Virus record (IMG/VR): IMGVR_UViG_3300025314_000001
Span: 32,001 to 96,000 of that record
Strand: one strand, 5' to 3'
Source of the DNA: a virus
Length of the DNA: 64,000 bases
Every line of letters starts with the position of its first letter. Within the stretch, counting starts at the first letter, position 1. The translations under genes and the position numbers were made by a program. Below the pieces are notes generated by a model that saw only the letters and a program-made list of their open reading frames with translations, did not search any database and was not told the origin of the DNA. This document shows, one piece after another, positions 1-9,373 of the stretch.

Positions 1-464
1 CCGCCCCAATCAGGGGCCCACGGCAGCCCTTCGCAGAGCATCCCACGTTGGAATGCCGCGCGACCGTTTGGCTCCCCCGCGAGCTCCGCGAGGTCCCCGT
101 CGATCTGCTCGACGAAGTCAGTGCCGTCGAAAAATAGGTCTACCTTGAAGAATTCCCGGTCGAACGAGTTACCGGTGAGCCCGGCTGCAATGGCCGGACG
201 CGGCTCGGGGGTCACGAATCTGGTCGTAGACACACCGTCGCTGAGCGAGTAGCTGGCTCCGCCCACGAGCTCCCAGCTCAGCACGAGCTCACGCTGGGTC
301 GAGTCTGCAGCCACCACCAGCACGGCCACCGCCGTCGGCGGCGCTCCGCGGCCATCCAGGGACAACAGGGTGTAGCTCCCCGGCGCCGAGGGGATTCCTG
401 TGGCGGAGCTCCAGAAGACCCGGATCCGCGTGGTGCTGCGGATTTCCAGCGTTTTGATCGGCAT
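1..464 (-). CDS. Baseplate wedge protein, gp25/gpW-like (runs off window edge)
   Basis: Hand-translated from ATG at 464 (MPIKTLEIRS...), open to the window edge. Contains DGDLAELAGEPNGRAAFQRGMLCEGLPWAPDWG, resembling the gp25-like GDL..G..N...PxYG pattern. Lies downstream of the spike gene. Confidence 0.6.
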   Translation of the reverse strand, partial: MPIKTLEIRSTTRIRVFWSSATGIPSAPGSYTLLSLDGRGAPPTAVAVLVVAADSTQRELVLSWELVGGASYSLSDGVSTTRFVTPEPRPAIAAGLTGNSFDREFFKVDLFFDGTDFVEQIDGDLAELAGEPNGRAAFQRGMLCEGLPWAPDWG

Positions 465-526
465 GTAGGACTAGGGGTCAGATGTTCAGTTTGCGGGCCG
501 GCCTTCGTCGGGTCACCTTGATCGAC

Positions 527-1111
527 ATGCGCGTTATTCTGGTGGCCGTACTGGTCTCGAGTTGCGGCAGTGAGTTCTCACAGAGTTCATCCATGAGTTC
601 TGGGGGCGTTACCGCCGAAATCCCACAATCCAACGGTGGAACCGAGGTAGTCGGTGTCTCTGCCCAGCGACAGATATCCGGTGGTAGCCAGGCACTTGAG
701 TCCATCGGCGGCCGCTATGACTCTGGTGGGGCCACGAGTTCTGGCGGTTCATCCTTTGGCGGTTTGCGTCCCATGCCGGTGGCCACCGGGGGTACCGGAG
801 GTTCCGTTACCGGGGGGGCCGCGTCCTATGGCGGATTCGGTGGCGGTTCTCTTCTACCCCGATGCGACTGCACCCTCCGGAATTGCTTGGCGCTCACCAG
901 CTGTGAGCTCGAATGCGCATTCGCACGGTGTGCGTGCGATCCGAACGTTCCGGACTGCCAAAAGGTCTTCGAATGCTACCTGGCCAATGCTTGCCGAGCT
1001 ACCGATCCGTGTGCCACGAATAGCGACGGCAAATGCGGGATGAATGTGCTCGCTGTCGGGACAGCTGCTGTGAAGTCCGCGGCTGCCGTTTACGCCTGTC
1101 ACTGCGGGTAG
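527..1111 (+). CDS. Cys-rich lipoprotein (moron, antisense to tail operon)
   Basis: MRVILVAVLVSSC lipobox, Gly/Ser linker, Cys-rich C-terminal domain. Confidence 0.65.
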   Translation: MRVILVAVLVSSCGSEFSQSSSMSSGGVTAEIPQSNGGTEVVGVSAQRQISGGSQALESIGGRYDSGGATSSGGSSFGGLRPMPVATGGTGGSVTGGAASYGGFGGGSLLPRCDCTLRNCLALTSCELECAFARCACDPNVPDCQKVFECYLANACRATDPCATNSDGKCGMNVLAVGTAAVKSAAAVYACHCG

Positions 1112-1120
1112 GAGCGAAGA

Positions 1121-1578
1121 ATGCGCGCTCTTCAGTTCCTGGTCGGAAGTCTCGTCGTTTACGGGGTCGTGGCGTCGTGCGGGAACCCCGCCTCCCCGGG
1201 CTCTCCCCGCTCGAGCTCGGTCACGCCCGGGGTCACTTCCCCGGTTCCCATGGCGTCCGCCCAGGAGAGCGGGGGGGCACCCGGCGCGGGGCCGGCGGCG
1301 CCGGCAGCGCCGGCTCAGCCCACGGTGATCTCCACGACCTGCGACAAGACGTTTCTGTCAGTCCCCGGAAACGTCACCAACTACTACGCCGAAGCAAGCT
1401 TTCCCGGAAGACGATGACGGACCTTGCTAGGGTAGTGGTGTTAGCTCGCCCGGTGGCGATCGCTGGGTACGAATGGGCCACCATGTCCTATTGGCATGTC
1501 CGTGACGGCTCGGTAGCGTATCATTGCGGAACTATTCCAGCGTCTTTGCCAACTGAAGTACGCTTCGTGCTGCCTTAG
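1121..1578 (+). pseudogene. Lipoprotein apparently split by a 1-nt frameshift near 1405
   Basis: MRALQFLVGSLVVYGVVASC lipobox. The ORF stops at 1417 after YYAEASFPG; the -1 frame continues KTMTDLARVVV...EVRFVLP to 1578. Confidence 0.5.
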
Positions 1579-1769
1579 TCGTTCAGTGGGCAGCTCAGAT
1601 CGATCGTAAATCCGAAATCCAAGTCTGGAATCGGAATCGGTGGCGGGAACGGGGGGATCCCAGGGATCGTGAACGGCAGAGGCGGGAGAGGGAACACGCA
1701 CAGTCCTACTGCCACTGAGCTCGGTGGTGCCGGTGGGCGCGGCGGCGGGGGCGGGAAGTTGTAGGCCAT
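1575..1769 (-). CDS. 64-aa proline-rich protein after the spike gene
   Basis: Start overlaps the spike stop codon (TGATG), implying translational coupling. Confidence 0.55.
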   Translation of the reverse strand: MAYNFPPPPPRPPAPPSSVAVGLCVFPLPPLPFTIPGIPPFPPPIPIPDLDFGFTIDLSCPLND

Positions 1770-2599
1770 CAGACAGCCATGATGGTTCGGGTGGACGGAA
1801 ACATCGTGGGTGGAGTTAGAGTTCCAGCAACCGGGATTGCGCCAATAACGTCACCAAGCACACCTACTTGGTAGAGATTGATCCACTGCAATGCCGTCAT
1901 AGACATCCATTGGCCGCTCTTCATTTTGAGCTTCACTTGGTCGCCGTTGCTGGCCACATTGAAGATCTGCGTCCCGTCGGGGCCTGATAGCTGAAGCCCT
2001 GCCACCGATTCACCGGCGGCGTTCGAGCAGTAGAACATCCATTTGCCGTCTTTGAGGATGCACCCCGAGAGGTCGCGTGCCGAGTTGTCGGTGATGCGCC
2101 CCGCGCCCATCTTGATCCCGTAGGTTGGACCCAGCGTAATGAAACGGTCCTGATAATCGCTGAGCGTGACCGACCTTGCCTTGATGACCAAGTCGACCTC
2201 GGGGCCGAAGTCCATCTTGGCCTTGGTGGCCGAGTGCTGGGTTGCTGGGGCGTTGCTCGCAACGGCGAGAATGAACCCAGCCCCCGGGGTCTCCTGAAAC
2301 CCGGCGGGGATGCCCACCAAGACCTCTTCCCCGTCTTCGGGGATGAAATTCAGGGGTCGGGTGATACGGCAGAGGATCTGCATTCCTCCGGCGCGCCCGT
2401 CGCGCGGCTTCTTGTCCTCCCCGGGGCGGTACCCGCGATAGAGCGTCACCTTGACCAGCGTGCGCTCGCCCCCATCGAGGTCGTAGTGTGGCTTCCCGTC
2501 GTCCCATCCGACGGTGCCGCTCTCGAGCCGTCCGCCATCTTCCTGGGCGGGGCCGTAGCACTCCATGGCCCGGCGGAAGCTATCGCCTTCACTGCTCAT
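1769..2599 (-). CDS. Baseplate spike / gpV-like protein
   Basis: Follows the hub gene; FIPEDGEEVLVGIPAG resembles the OB-fold P..G.EV.V motif; beta-rich C-terminus. Confidence 0.55.
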   Translation of the reverse strand: MSSEGDSFRRAMECYGPAQEDGGRLESGTVGWDDGKPHYDLDGGERTLVKVTLYRGYRPGEDKKPRDGRAGGMQILCRITRPLNFIPEDGEEVLVGIPAGFQETPGAGFILAVASNAPATQHSATKAKMDFGPEVDLVIKARSVTLSDYQDRFITLGPTYGIKMGAGRITDNSARDLSGCILKDGKWMFYCSNAAGESVAGLQLSGPDGTQIFNVASNGDQVKLKMKSGQWMSMTALQWINLYQVGVLGDVIGAIPVAGTLTPPTMFPSTRTIMAV

Positions 2600-3981
2600 G
2601 TCGTCGCCTCATACGCGCTTCCGTCTAGCTGGATGCGGTTGATGTACTCGATTGAAATCTCGAACGTTCCGTCGTCGCGGCTCACGTCAAACACGATCTG
2701 GCAGCTCTTGACCATGAAGACCGACGGTAGCCCGGCGATGATTTCGGCGTTCTTTGCGATGAGCTCCGCCGCGTCGCTCGAGTATCCGCGCCGGGTCAGG
2801 TAGTTGATGCGCTCTTGGGTGCTGCCGAGCTTCACCAGGCGGTTTCGGTCTGCCGGGTCAATCGAGACCTCGATCGAGTCGCCGGCCTTCAGGTTGAGTA
2901 GGTCAAACTCTCCGAGCTGCATCGTCGAGACCTTCATCTCGGCCGTGGTGCAGCGCCCGGTGAGTTCCTGCCGGCTCCGCTCTTCCCAGATCCGCTCGGC
3001 CATCGTATCGAGCCACGCCTGGTCGGAGATCCCTGGAACTTGGAGATACTCGCGGTCTTCGCCCTGCAGAGCCGCCGCCTCCGACTTGGCCTTCTTGGCT
3101 GCGATCCGCTTCTTCTTTGCCCTTGGGTCTCCGATGGGCGGGAAGAACGATTCAATCACCTGCGATGTTTCTGGGTTGAAGCTCGTGAGGGCAATCCCCT
3201 TGTGCGCCAGGTAGCCAGAGCGGGACTCTTCCCAGCTCTTGATGTTCCGACCCCACACGAGCTTCGGGGTCGTCGTCTGGCCCGTGTAGAGGTCGGTGGC
3301 GGTTGAGACGATGCAGGCGTCGAGGTCGATCCAGCTGACGAGCCCCAGCATCCCGACGCAGTGCTGCCACACCGACCACGCATCGGAGTCGGGCTTGGTG
3401 TGGACCTTGCCGGCTTTACGGAAGCGCTCGGGGACCGCCTTGCCGATTTGTGCGCTCTTGTCGACGTCCCCCAAGAACAGCAGCCGGTCCTTCAGAACCT
3501 CCGCCCCGGGGGTCTGAGAGACGACCCGGCGCCACGCATCCTCGAGGGTGTCGGAGTACAGGGGGGTGCCGCTCGACCCGAACGGCTTGGCCATGATAAA
3601 AAGGCTCGTGTAGTCGACGCACGTCATGTGCACGGCCGGCGGAGCACCTTCGGCCATCTCATTGCTGACGTTCCGGGCGTGACCGAGGAACCGAAGCTCG
3701 GTTTCTCCGGGTCCCCAGGACCCAAACTCGTCGGCGTTGGCCAAGTAGAACTCGACCTCCGTATCGTCCAAGAGCCGAGGGTCAATACCGCTCTCCATCC
3801 AGTCGATATCGAGCTCCAGCGTGTCCGCCTGATTGTGGTCCTGACGGTCGATGCGCGCCTGCCGGGGGCGCACTTCGAGCCGAACGACGTCGGTCGACTT
3901 GGCTTGGCGGATCCGTTGCTCACGAGTCCCGAGTACCGGGACCGTCAGCATCGCCAGCATCCGCGGGCGGTAGAGAGGCAT
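2596..3981 (-). CDS. Baseplate hub (gpD/gp44-like)
   Basis: ADTLELDID, MTCVDYTSLF and LKAGDSIEVSI motifs; size and position. Confidence 0.65.
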   Translation of the reverse strand: MPLYRPRMLAMLTVPVLGTREQRIRQAKSTDVVRLEVRPRQARIDRQDHNQADTLELDIDWMESGIDPRLLDDTEVEFYLANADEFGSWGPGETELRFLGHARNVSNEMAEGAPPAVHMTCVDYTSLFIMAKPFGSSGTPLYSDTLEDAWRRVVSQTPGAEVLKDRLLFLGDVDKSAQIGKAVPERFRKAGKVHTKPDSDAWSVWQHCVGMLGLVSWIDLDACIVSTATDLYTGQTTTPKLVWGRNIKSWEESRSGYLAHKGIALTSFNPETSQVIESFFPPIGDPRAKKKRIAAKKAKSEAAALQGEDREYLQVPGISDQAWLDTMAERIWEERSRQELTGRCTTAEMKVSTMQLGEFDLLNLKAGDSIEVSIDPADRNRLVKLGSTQERINYLTRRGYSSDAAELIAKNAEIIAGLPSVFMVKSCQIVFDVSRDDGTFEISIEYINRIQLDGSAYEATT

Positions 3982-3984
3982 GGG

Positions 3985-5043
3985 CTACTTGGGGATCCTG
4001 TACGTTGCCCCTTCGCGCGGGGGCTGCCCGGCATCGATGCCGTTGGCCTGCCGGACGGCGTCGGCCTTCTCGGCGGAGCCCGCTTTATTCCGTGCGATGC
4101 TCTCCCAGGTGTCTCCGCCGCGTGCCGTGTAGAGCGAGAGCGTCTGGCCGCGCTCGGCCAGCACCGTCTGCCGGTCGAGCTCCGCCGCCGTTCTGAGTGC
4201 CTGGTACTGGCCGTCGCTGAACTCCGCCCGGAGGCCCAGGAAGGTCTGAATGTCCTCGGCGCGCTCGGTCTCGAGGGCCGCGTTGGCCAGGAGGTCGTCG
4301 TAGGTCGTGTGAAGGCGCACCAGCACGGTCTGGAACTGCCGGTTGGTGGCCCTGAGGGACCGGAGGGCAGCGAAGGGGGCGTTGGCGAGCGAGTCGATCT
4401 GGCCGGCCACACTCAGGAGCGATGACGAGACGGAGTTCATGGAGGCCAGAAGTCCGTTCAGGAGGGCGAGTACCGATCCCTTGAGCCTCGGCTGCTTCGA
4501 AAAGTCGACATCGACGAGCCGAAGGGCAGCGATGATCTCGCCGATGTACTCCTTCGGGCGCTTCGAACTGATGAGCTCGGGGGTGACGAGCAGGAAGTTG
4601 TCGCGGTCGATCTGAATGTGCATCGACCAGACAACTTCTCCGCGGCCTTCGTGGGTCGAGTCGAACTGGTCGATGAAACCCCCAAGCGACAGGATGTTTC
4701 CCCAGGTGACCAAGACTTCCTGCCGGTCATCAACGAAGCTCCGCATTACCTCGTTCATCGCATCAGCAGCCTCGCTCCCGAGGTAGCGGTCCGACCAGCG
4801 GCCATTCAGGTCGATAGGCTCGAAGCGTCGCCCGAATTCGTGCCTCGTGGGCTCGGTGTCTCCGGAGTAGTAGACGGTCTCGTTGGCGATCTTCAGCGAG
4901 TTCTTGACGACCGTTCCGTGCCGGGGGCGCCCCAAGGGGGCGTACTTTCCGGGCAGAGAAATGCGCTTGCGCTTTGCCCCGAGCTGCTCGAACGACCAGA
5001 TGTCGTTGGCGCCCGCTACGGCGGCCGGCATGGACATCGTCAT
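3985..5043 (-). CDS. Tail tube initiator with C-terminal LysM-like domain
   Basis: Likely start ATG 5043 overlapping the tape measure stop; C-terminal YTARGGDTWESIAR...ANGI...YRIP. Confidence 0.65.
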   Translation of the reverse strand: MTMSMPAAVAGANDIWSFEQLGAKRKRISLPGKYAPLGRPRHGTVVKNSLKIANETVYYSGDTEPTRHEFGRRFEPIDLNGRWSDRYLGSEAADAMNEVMRSFVDDRQEVLVTWGNILSLGGFIDQFDSTHEGRGEVVWSMHIQIDRDNFLLVTPELISSKRPKEYIGEIIAALRLVDVDFSKQPRLKGSVLALLNGLLASMNSVSSSLLSVAGQIDSLANAPFAALRSLRATNRQFQTVLVRLHTTYDDLLANAALETERAEDIQTFLGLRAEFSDGQYQALRTAAELDRQTVLAERGQTLSLYTARGGDTWESIARNKAGSAEKADAVRQANGIDAGQPPREGATYRIPK

Positions 5044-6950
5044 GGCACGGCGTTCCTGGCGCTGAAGTTCGTGGCGTAGCCCGAGGTCCGCTTGACCTTC
5101 GCGAACTTGCCGAGCTCGTCCAGGACGCCGCGGGCGAAGCGGCTCGGGTTCTGGTTCGTCGTGACGACGATCTCGACCTTCTGGATTGATGTGCCGCCGC
5201 CTCCGCCGTGCTTCGGCGTTGACTTCTTCGGGTCCTGCTCTCCCTCGCGTGTGCCTGTTCCCTCCTTGGGGTCTGGAGGTCTCCACCCTCGCGGCATAAC
5301 TTTTCCGCCCCACGTGCCAAACATATTGTACTCTTGCATCGGCGAGATCTCGATGCTCGGCGGGCGGATCGAGGCTAAGTTACCGAGCTCCCTGGTGGCG
5401 CTCCTTAGCCCCACAACGAAGTCATCGATGGCCAGCGGAGCTCCCGTGCCGATGTTCGTGATCAGCTTCTGAGTGGCGTCGTCCTCCATCTTCTTGGTAG
5501 CGGCCATCTTCCGCTGTTCCTCGTCGGCTTTTACCGATGCATCCGCCAAACCGGCAATGACGCCGGCCAGGAGAACCATCGACATTCCCATCGCGGCCGT
5601 GCCCGCCATGCCTCCCGCGGCGAGCCCGCCAAGAGCCGTTCCGCCGGCGCCGGCGCCTGCTGCAGTTGCCGCGGCGGCCGCGCCCCCCGCGCCCACGGTG
5701 GTCAGCATCCCAGGGTTCAGCAACGACATCATCTGCATGGTTCCCGCGCCCATCTTGAGGAGGTCGCCGCCGATGCTGAGACCGCCCATGCCGACCTTCA
5801 GGGCCAGGTAGGCCTCTGCCAGGTGGATCAGCTTGTCGATGGTCCCGGGATCCTTCAGCGCCTCCTTCATGGTTTCGCCAAAGGACTTCACGGTCGGCGC
5901 AATGTCCTCCCAGATCGCGCTCAGGCGATAGTAGGCGTTGGTCGCGAATTCGCGGAGCGATGGCCACCATTCTTGAATGGTCCGTTTTCCCCACTCAAAC
6001 GCGGAGGACAACCGTTCTCCGATGCTTTCCGCCCAGTACTTGACCTGGTCCTGGTTCCGCGTGAACCAGTCGTTGAACCAGCTCAGGACCTCTTTCCCCT
6101 TCTCGAACATCGGGGCCGTAGCGAGCCGAAGGAAGGTCTTACCGTTGTCGATCGCCGTACTGAACATCGCATCGAAACTCTTCTCGTAGAGCCCGATGAC
6201 CGGCGCGTACTTGTCGAGCTCAGTGCGGAGCTTCTCCAGCCGCTTATCCGGCGCCATCTTGTTGAACTCTTCGGCTTTGGCCCCCGTGAGCCCCATGATG
6301 CGCGTGCCGAATACGTTGTGGGCTCCGGATCGCCCAGAGAGCAACTGCCCCATCTCGCGCGCCACCATGTCCATCGGTAGCTGAGACACGGCCCCCGCGG
6401 CCATGACGTTCGACGCCATCTTGCGCCACTCGGCGGGGTTCATCCCGGTTTGAAACGCCGGGATGGCGCCGGTCACGAAGATGTTCCGGAGGTCCTGGAA
6501 CTCGCCCGGTAGCGCCGCGGCTTCCTTGCGCATCTCGGCAACCTGCTCGGCCGCCATCTGCATACCGCTCTGGACGTTCTTGGTGATGCCCTGGGCGGCG
6601 AAGACCCCCGCCAAGGCGATCTGCGCGCCCTCCGCCTCCTTGTTGAGGCCCATGACACCGTAGGTGATGCCGGCGATACCGGCGGCCGCCGCGCCCCCGA
6701 TGGCCATCTTGGCCATGCTGGCCCCGATGCCGACGACTCTGTCGGCGACGCGCTCTAGCGAATGGATCATCCCACCGGCGCCCGCCACGAACTGATTGGC
6801 TCCCTCGCGCAGCGACGCGAATCGATTCTTGATCCCGCCGAGGTTCCGGTCGAGATGAACGGCCTTCTGCGAAGCCGTCGCCATCGCGACGGCACCGAAG
6901 TCCCCCGTCTTACTGAGGTTCAGCTCTACCGTGTACTTGGTGTCAGCCAT
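5040..6950 (-). CDS. Tape measure protein
   Basis: 636 aa, Ala/Gly-rich helical with hydrophobic segments, in the tail module. Confidence 0.85.
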   Translation of the reverse strand: MADTKYTVELNLSKTGDFGAVAMATASQKAVHLDRNLGGIKNRFASLREGANQFVAGAGGMIHSLERVADRVVGIGASMAKMAIGGAAAAGIAGITYGVMGLNKEAEGAQIALAGVFAAQGITKNVQSGMQMAAEQVAEMRKEAAALPGEFQDLRNIFVTGAIPAFQTGMNPAEWRKMASNVMAAGAVSQLPMDMVAREMGQLLSGRSGAHNVFGTRIMGLTGAKAEEFNKMAPDKRLEKLRTELDKYAPVIGLYEKSFDAMFSTAIDNGKTFLRLATAPMFEKGKEVLSWFNDWFTRNQDQVKYWAESIGERLSSAFEWGKRTIQEWWPSLREFATNAYYRLSAIWEDIAPTVKSFGETMKEALKDPGTIDKLIHLAEAYLALKVGMGGLSIGGDLLKMGAGTMQMMSLLNPGMLTTVGAGGAAAAATAAGAGAGGTALGGLAAGGMAGTAAMGMSMVLLAGVIAGLADASVKADEEQRKMAATKKMEDDATQKLITNIGTGAPLAIDDFVVGLRSATRELGNLASIRPPSIEISPMQEYNMFGTWGGKVMPRGWRPPDPKEGTGTREGEQDPKKSTPKHGGGGGTSIQKVEIVVTTNQNPSRFARGVLDELGKFAKVKRTSGYATNFSARNAVP

Positions 6951-8152
6951 CAGGAAACCGCCTGCACGGTGAGCCGCACGCCGTCCGAAGCTAGGTAATA
7001 GTGGGGTAGCAGAACGTCACCCGAAGGCACCCACCGCGCCGCCGTCTCTGTAACCGCTGTCCCATCAGGGTTGGTCAGTGACACACTCGGAACCCCCACG
7101 ATGCGCCGGTCTGCGTTGCAGATGGCGCCGGCTAAGGTCTTGTTCGTGTAGGTCCACCATCCCGGCCGCACGTCGAAATACCACTTGCAGGCCTTGATGA
7201 CGGCCGCCATGAGCTCGGTCGCATCCACGGTCTCCCGGGTCTGTACCGTGGCGTGAACTACGGTACGTATGCTTTGGATGCCCAGCACTTCCACGGATGC
7301 CCCGAACCCGAGCCAACTTCGCTGCCCGTCTCTTCCACGGAGGTCCTGGGCGAGCAGGCTCCGCAGCGCGTCTGACCAGGCCCAGGAAGCGTCGGCAACG
7401 TAGACCACGCCCCGGTGCCCATCTGGGTCGTGGAAGTACGCGGCGTGCCGAACCCCCCGGCCAGCGCTCAGCACTCCGGCCAGGACCGCAGAGTCGTTAG
7501 GTCCCTGCCGCCCGAGGTAGCAGTGACGGCCAATGTCTCGAATCACCGAATCATCGAGGCCTGTGCTGCCTCCACCCGCCACGATGTCGTAGACGGTGAA
7601 CGCGGGGTCGAACATCGGCTCACAGGTACCGACATTCAGGCCGTCCAGGTAGGGCGTGTTCCCGTGCTCACCGGTGGCCGAGCAGACGATGGAGAGTCCG
7701 ACTGCCGGAGAGTTTGGTGGCACTACGGCCGGCTGGGTGATGGTGTACTCGGCGCCCAAGATCGGTGGGTTCGCCTGGTCGTCGGCGGTCTTGAAGATCT
7801 TCTGCCCCACCCGAATGACTCCCCCCGGCATGTTTCCGGAGACGGGGCGCACCAACACAGCTTCGCCGATTGCCGCCGTTCCTGCGTCGGCTGACAGGAT
7901 CGCGAAGCACTCGGACAGGACGAGTTCTCGGAGTCCATCCCCGTCGGCCTTGGTCAGGCGCGCTTGGAAGAGCTCGTCCTTCAGCCTCGAACGACAAATG
8001 GCCGCCTGGGCAACCCATCCTTCGACGGCGTCACCGTAGCGGCCTGCGTAGAGGTGCGAATACGCCCTCCTTCGATTGTCGTAAAGGAATTGCGCTGCAG
8101 CACTCCGATAGTCCGCGAGTCGCGGAATCTGGTCAGTCCTCGGAATCGGCAT
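6950..8152 (-). CDS. Baseplate J-like protein
   Basis: IVCSATGEHGN, AGGGSTGLDDSVIR, GVRHA and VVYVADAS motifs typical of gpJ/gp47. Confidence 0.75.
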   Translation of the reverse strand: MPIPRTDQIPRLADYRSAAAQFLYDNRRRAYSHLYAGRYGDAVEGWVAQAAICRSRLKDELFQARLTKADGDGLRELVLSECFAILSADAGTAAIGEAVLVRPVSGNMPGGVIRVGQKIFKTADDQANPPILGAEYTITQPAVVPPNSPAVGLSIVCSATGEHGNTPYLDGLNVGTCEPMFDPAFTVYDIVAGGGSTGLDDSVIRDIGRHCYLGRQGPNDSAVLAGVLSAGRGVRHAAYFHDPDGHRGVVYVADASWAWSDALRSLLAQDLRGRDGQRSWLGFGASVEVLGIQSIRTVVHATVQTRETVDATELMAAVIKACKWYFDVRPGWWTYTNKTLAGAICNADRRIVGVPSVSLTNPDGTAVTETAARWVPSGDVLLPHYYLASDGVRLTVQAVS

Positions 8153-8399
8153 GGTCGTCGTCGGGCTGCAGCGTTACGGTCTTGTCGTCGTCGCGCGGCG
8201 AGTTTTCTTCGTTCACGATCTCAGCGAGGCTTGCGATGAACGCGGCTCGGTAGAACGGCCTCCACCCTCGACTTTCCGAGGGCGGGACGTTCCCGTACCG
8301 AGCGATATAGGCCTCATTTTTGACTTGAGCGAAGTAACGTCCCCAGTACTCTCCCGGTCGTCCACGGTACCACTTCAGACGACCTGAATCGCTTTTCCC
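8133..8399 (-). CDS. -1 frameshift extension of the tail assembly chaperone (GT-like)
   Basis: Slippery G GGA AAA at 8393-8399. The -1 frame is open to TGA at 8133-8135 and encodes AYIARYGNVPPSESRGWRPFYRAAFIASLAEIVNEEN. Confidence 0.75.
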   Translation of the reverse strand, partial: GKSDSGRLKWYRGRPGEYWGRYFAQVKNEAYIARYGNVPPSESRGWRPFYRAAFIASLAEIVNEENSPRDDDKTVTLQPDDDHADSED

Positions 8400-8830
8400 A
8401 TCAGCTCCTGGACCTCACCGTAAGTCACGTGGTGAAGTTTTGCGTAGAGCTGCTTCAGTGCCTCAAGGTCCTTGACCTTCAGGAGTCCGCCGCCGCCCGA
8501 TTGCATCAGCTGAGCGTTCATCCGCTTGAACTTGACCTCATTCAGCGCCGGGTAGTTCGCTGGGTCGACCGGATGCTCGGAGATCTCGACCGTGAATCGG
8601 TTGGCGCCGAGTCGCTGCATGGACTTCTGTAGCTTGTCCATCCATTCGCTTTCCCTGCCGACCGGGGGCGGACCCACCATGATGTTTGCGGTGCTTTCGA
8701 ATCCGGCGATCGTGTCTTCATCGAGTTCTCGGAAGCGCACTACGCGCCCCGAGAACCCGAATCCGAACAGAGGCACCTGGTAACATGTGCCACCGTCGGT
8801 GGCCGTAACTTCGCTGACTTCCGTCTTCAT
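8375..8830 (-). CDS. Tail assembly chaperone (G-like)
   Basis: Follows the tube gene; RBS before ATG 8830; ends MGKAIQVV with a slippery GGGAAAA. Confidence 0.75.
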   Translation of the reverse strand: MKTEVSEVTATDGGTCYQVPLFGFGFSGRVVRFRELDEDTIAGFESTANIMVGPPPVGRESEWMDKLQKSMQRLGANRFTVEISEHPVDPANYPALNEVKFKRMNAQLMQSGGGGLLKVKDLEALKQLYAKLHHVTYGEVQELMGKAIQVV

Positions 8831-8885
8831 GATGCACGACTCCCTTTGCTCCTGTTGACCCCCCACGGACCCGAGCGCTGTGGCC

Positions 8886-9329
8886 TTACAGCGTCAGACC
8901 CTTGATGTACTTGACCCGTACCTTGAGCGGCATTTCGTTACGCTGCCGCTGCCCGCCTACGCTCATCTTCCAGGGTAGGATGGTGAATCCCGCCATGGTG
9001 AGCGCCTTCTGTGTCCCGTCGTTGAACGTGACCTTCACGGCCACCCAGCCCTCTAACGGCTCGGTGTTCGAGTCGGTGTTGTCGGTGTCGACTAGAAGTC
9101 GCTCCAAGAGCTCGAACTTCGTCTGCTTCGTCTGGAGCTCGATCTCGTAGAACTTCGTCAGCTTCTGCGAATCCGTGCGGTCTTCACCGCAGAAGTCATC
9201 CTCGACCACGTCTGCGACCTCGTCGATCGTGAAGGACACGACGTCGATCGCTGTCTGCTGGTCGTCCAAGCTGAAGAGCCACTTGGCGTTTTTGCCCGCC
9301 CATTTCGGTGTGCGCGTACCACGTGCCAT
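8886..9329 (-). CDS. Tail tube protein
   Basis: 147 aa, beta-rich, directly after the sheath gene. Confidence 0.7.
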   Translation of the reverse strand: MARGTRTPKWAGKNAKWLFSLDDQQTAIDVVSFTIDEVADVVEDDFCGEDRTDSQKLTKFYEIELQTKQTKFELLERLLVDTDNTDSNTEPLEGWVAVKVTFNDGTQKALTMAGFTILPWKMSVGGQRQRNEMPLKVRVKYIKGLTL

Positions 9330-9373
9330 GTCTATTCTCCCAGTTACGGAAATAGTGCTGTGTAACGCGCCGG

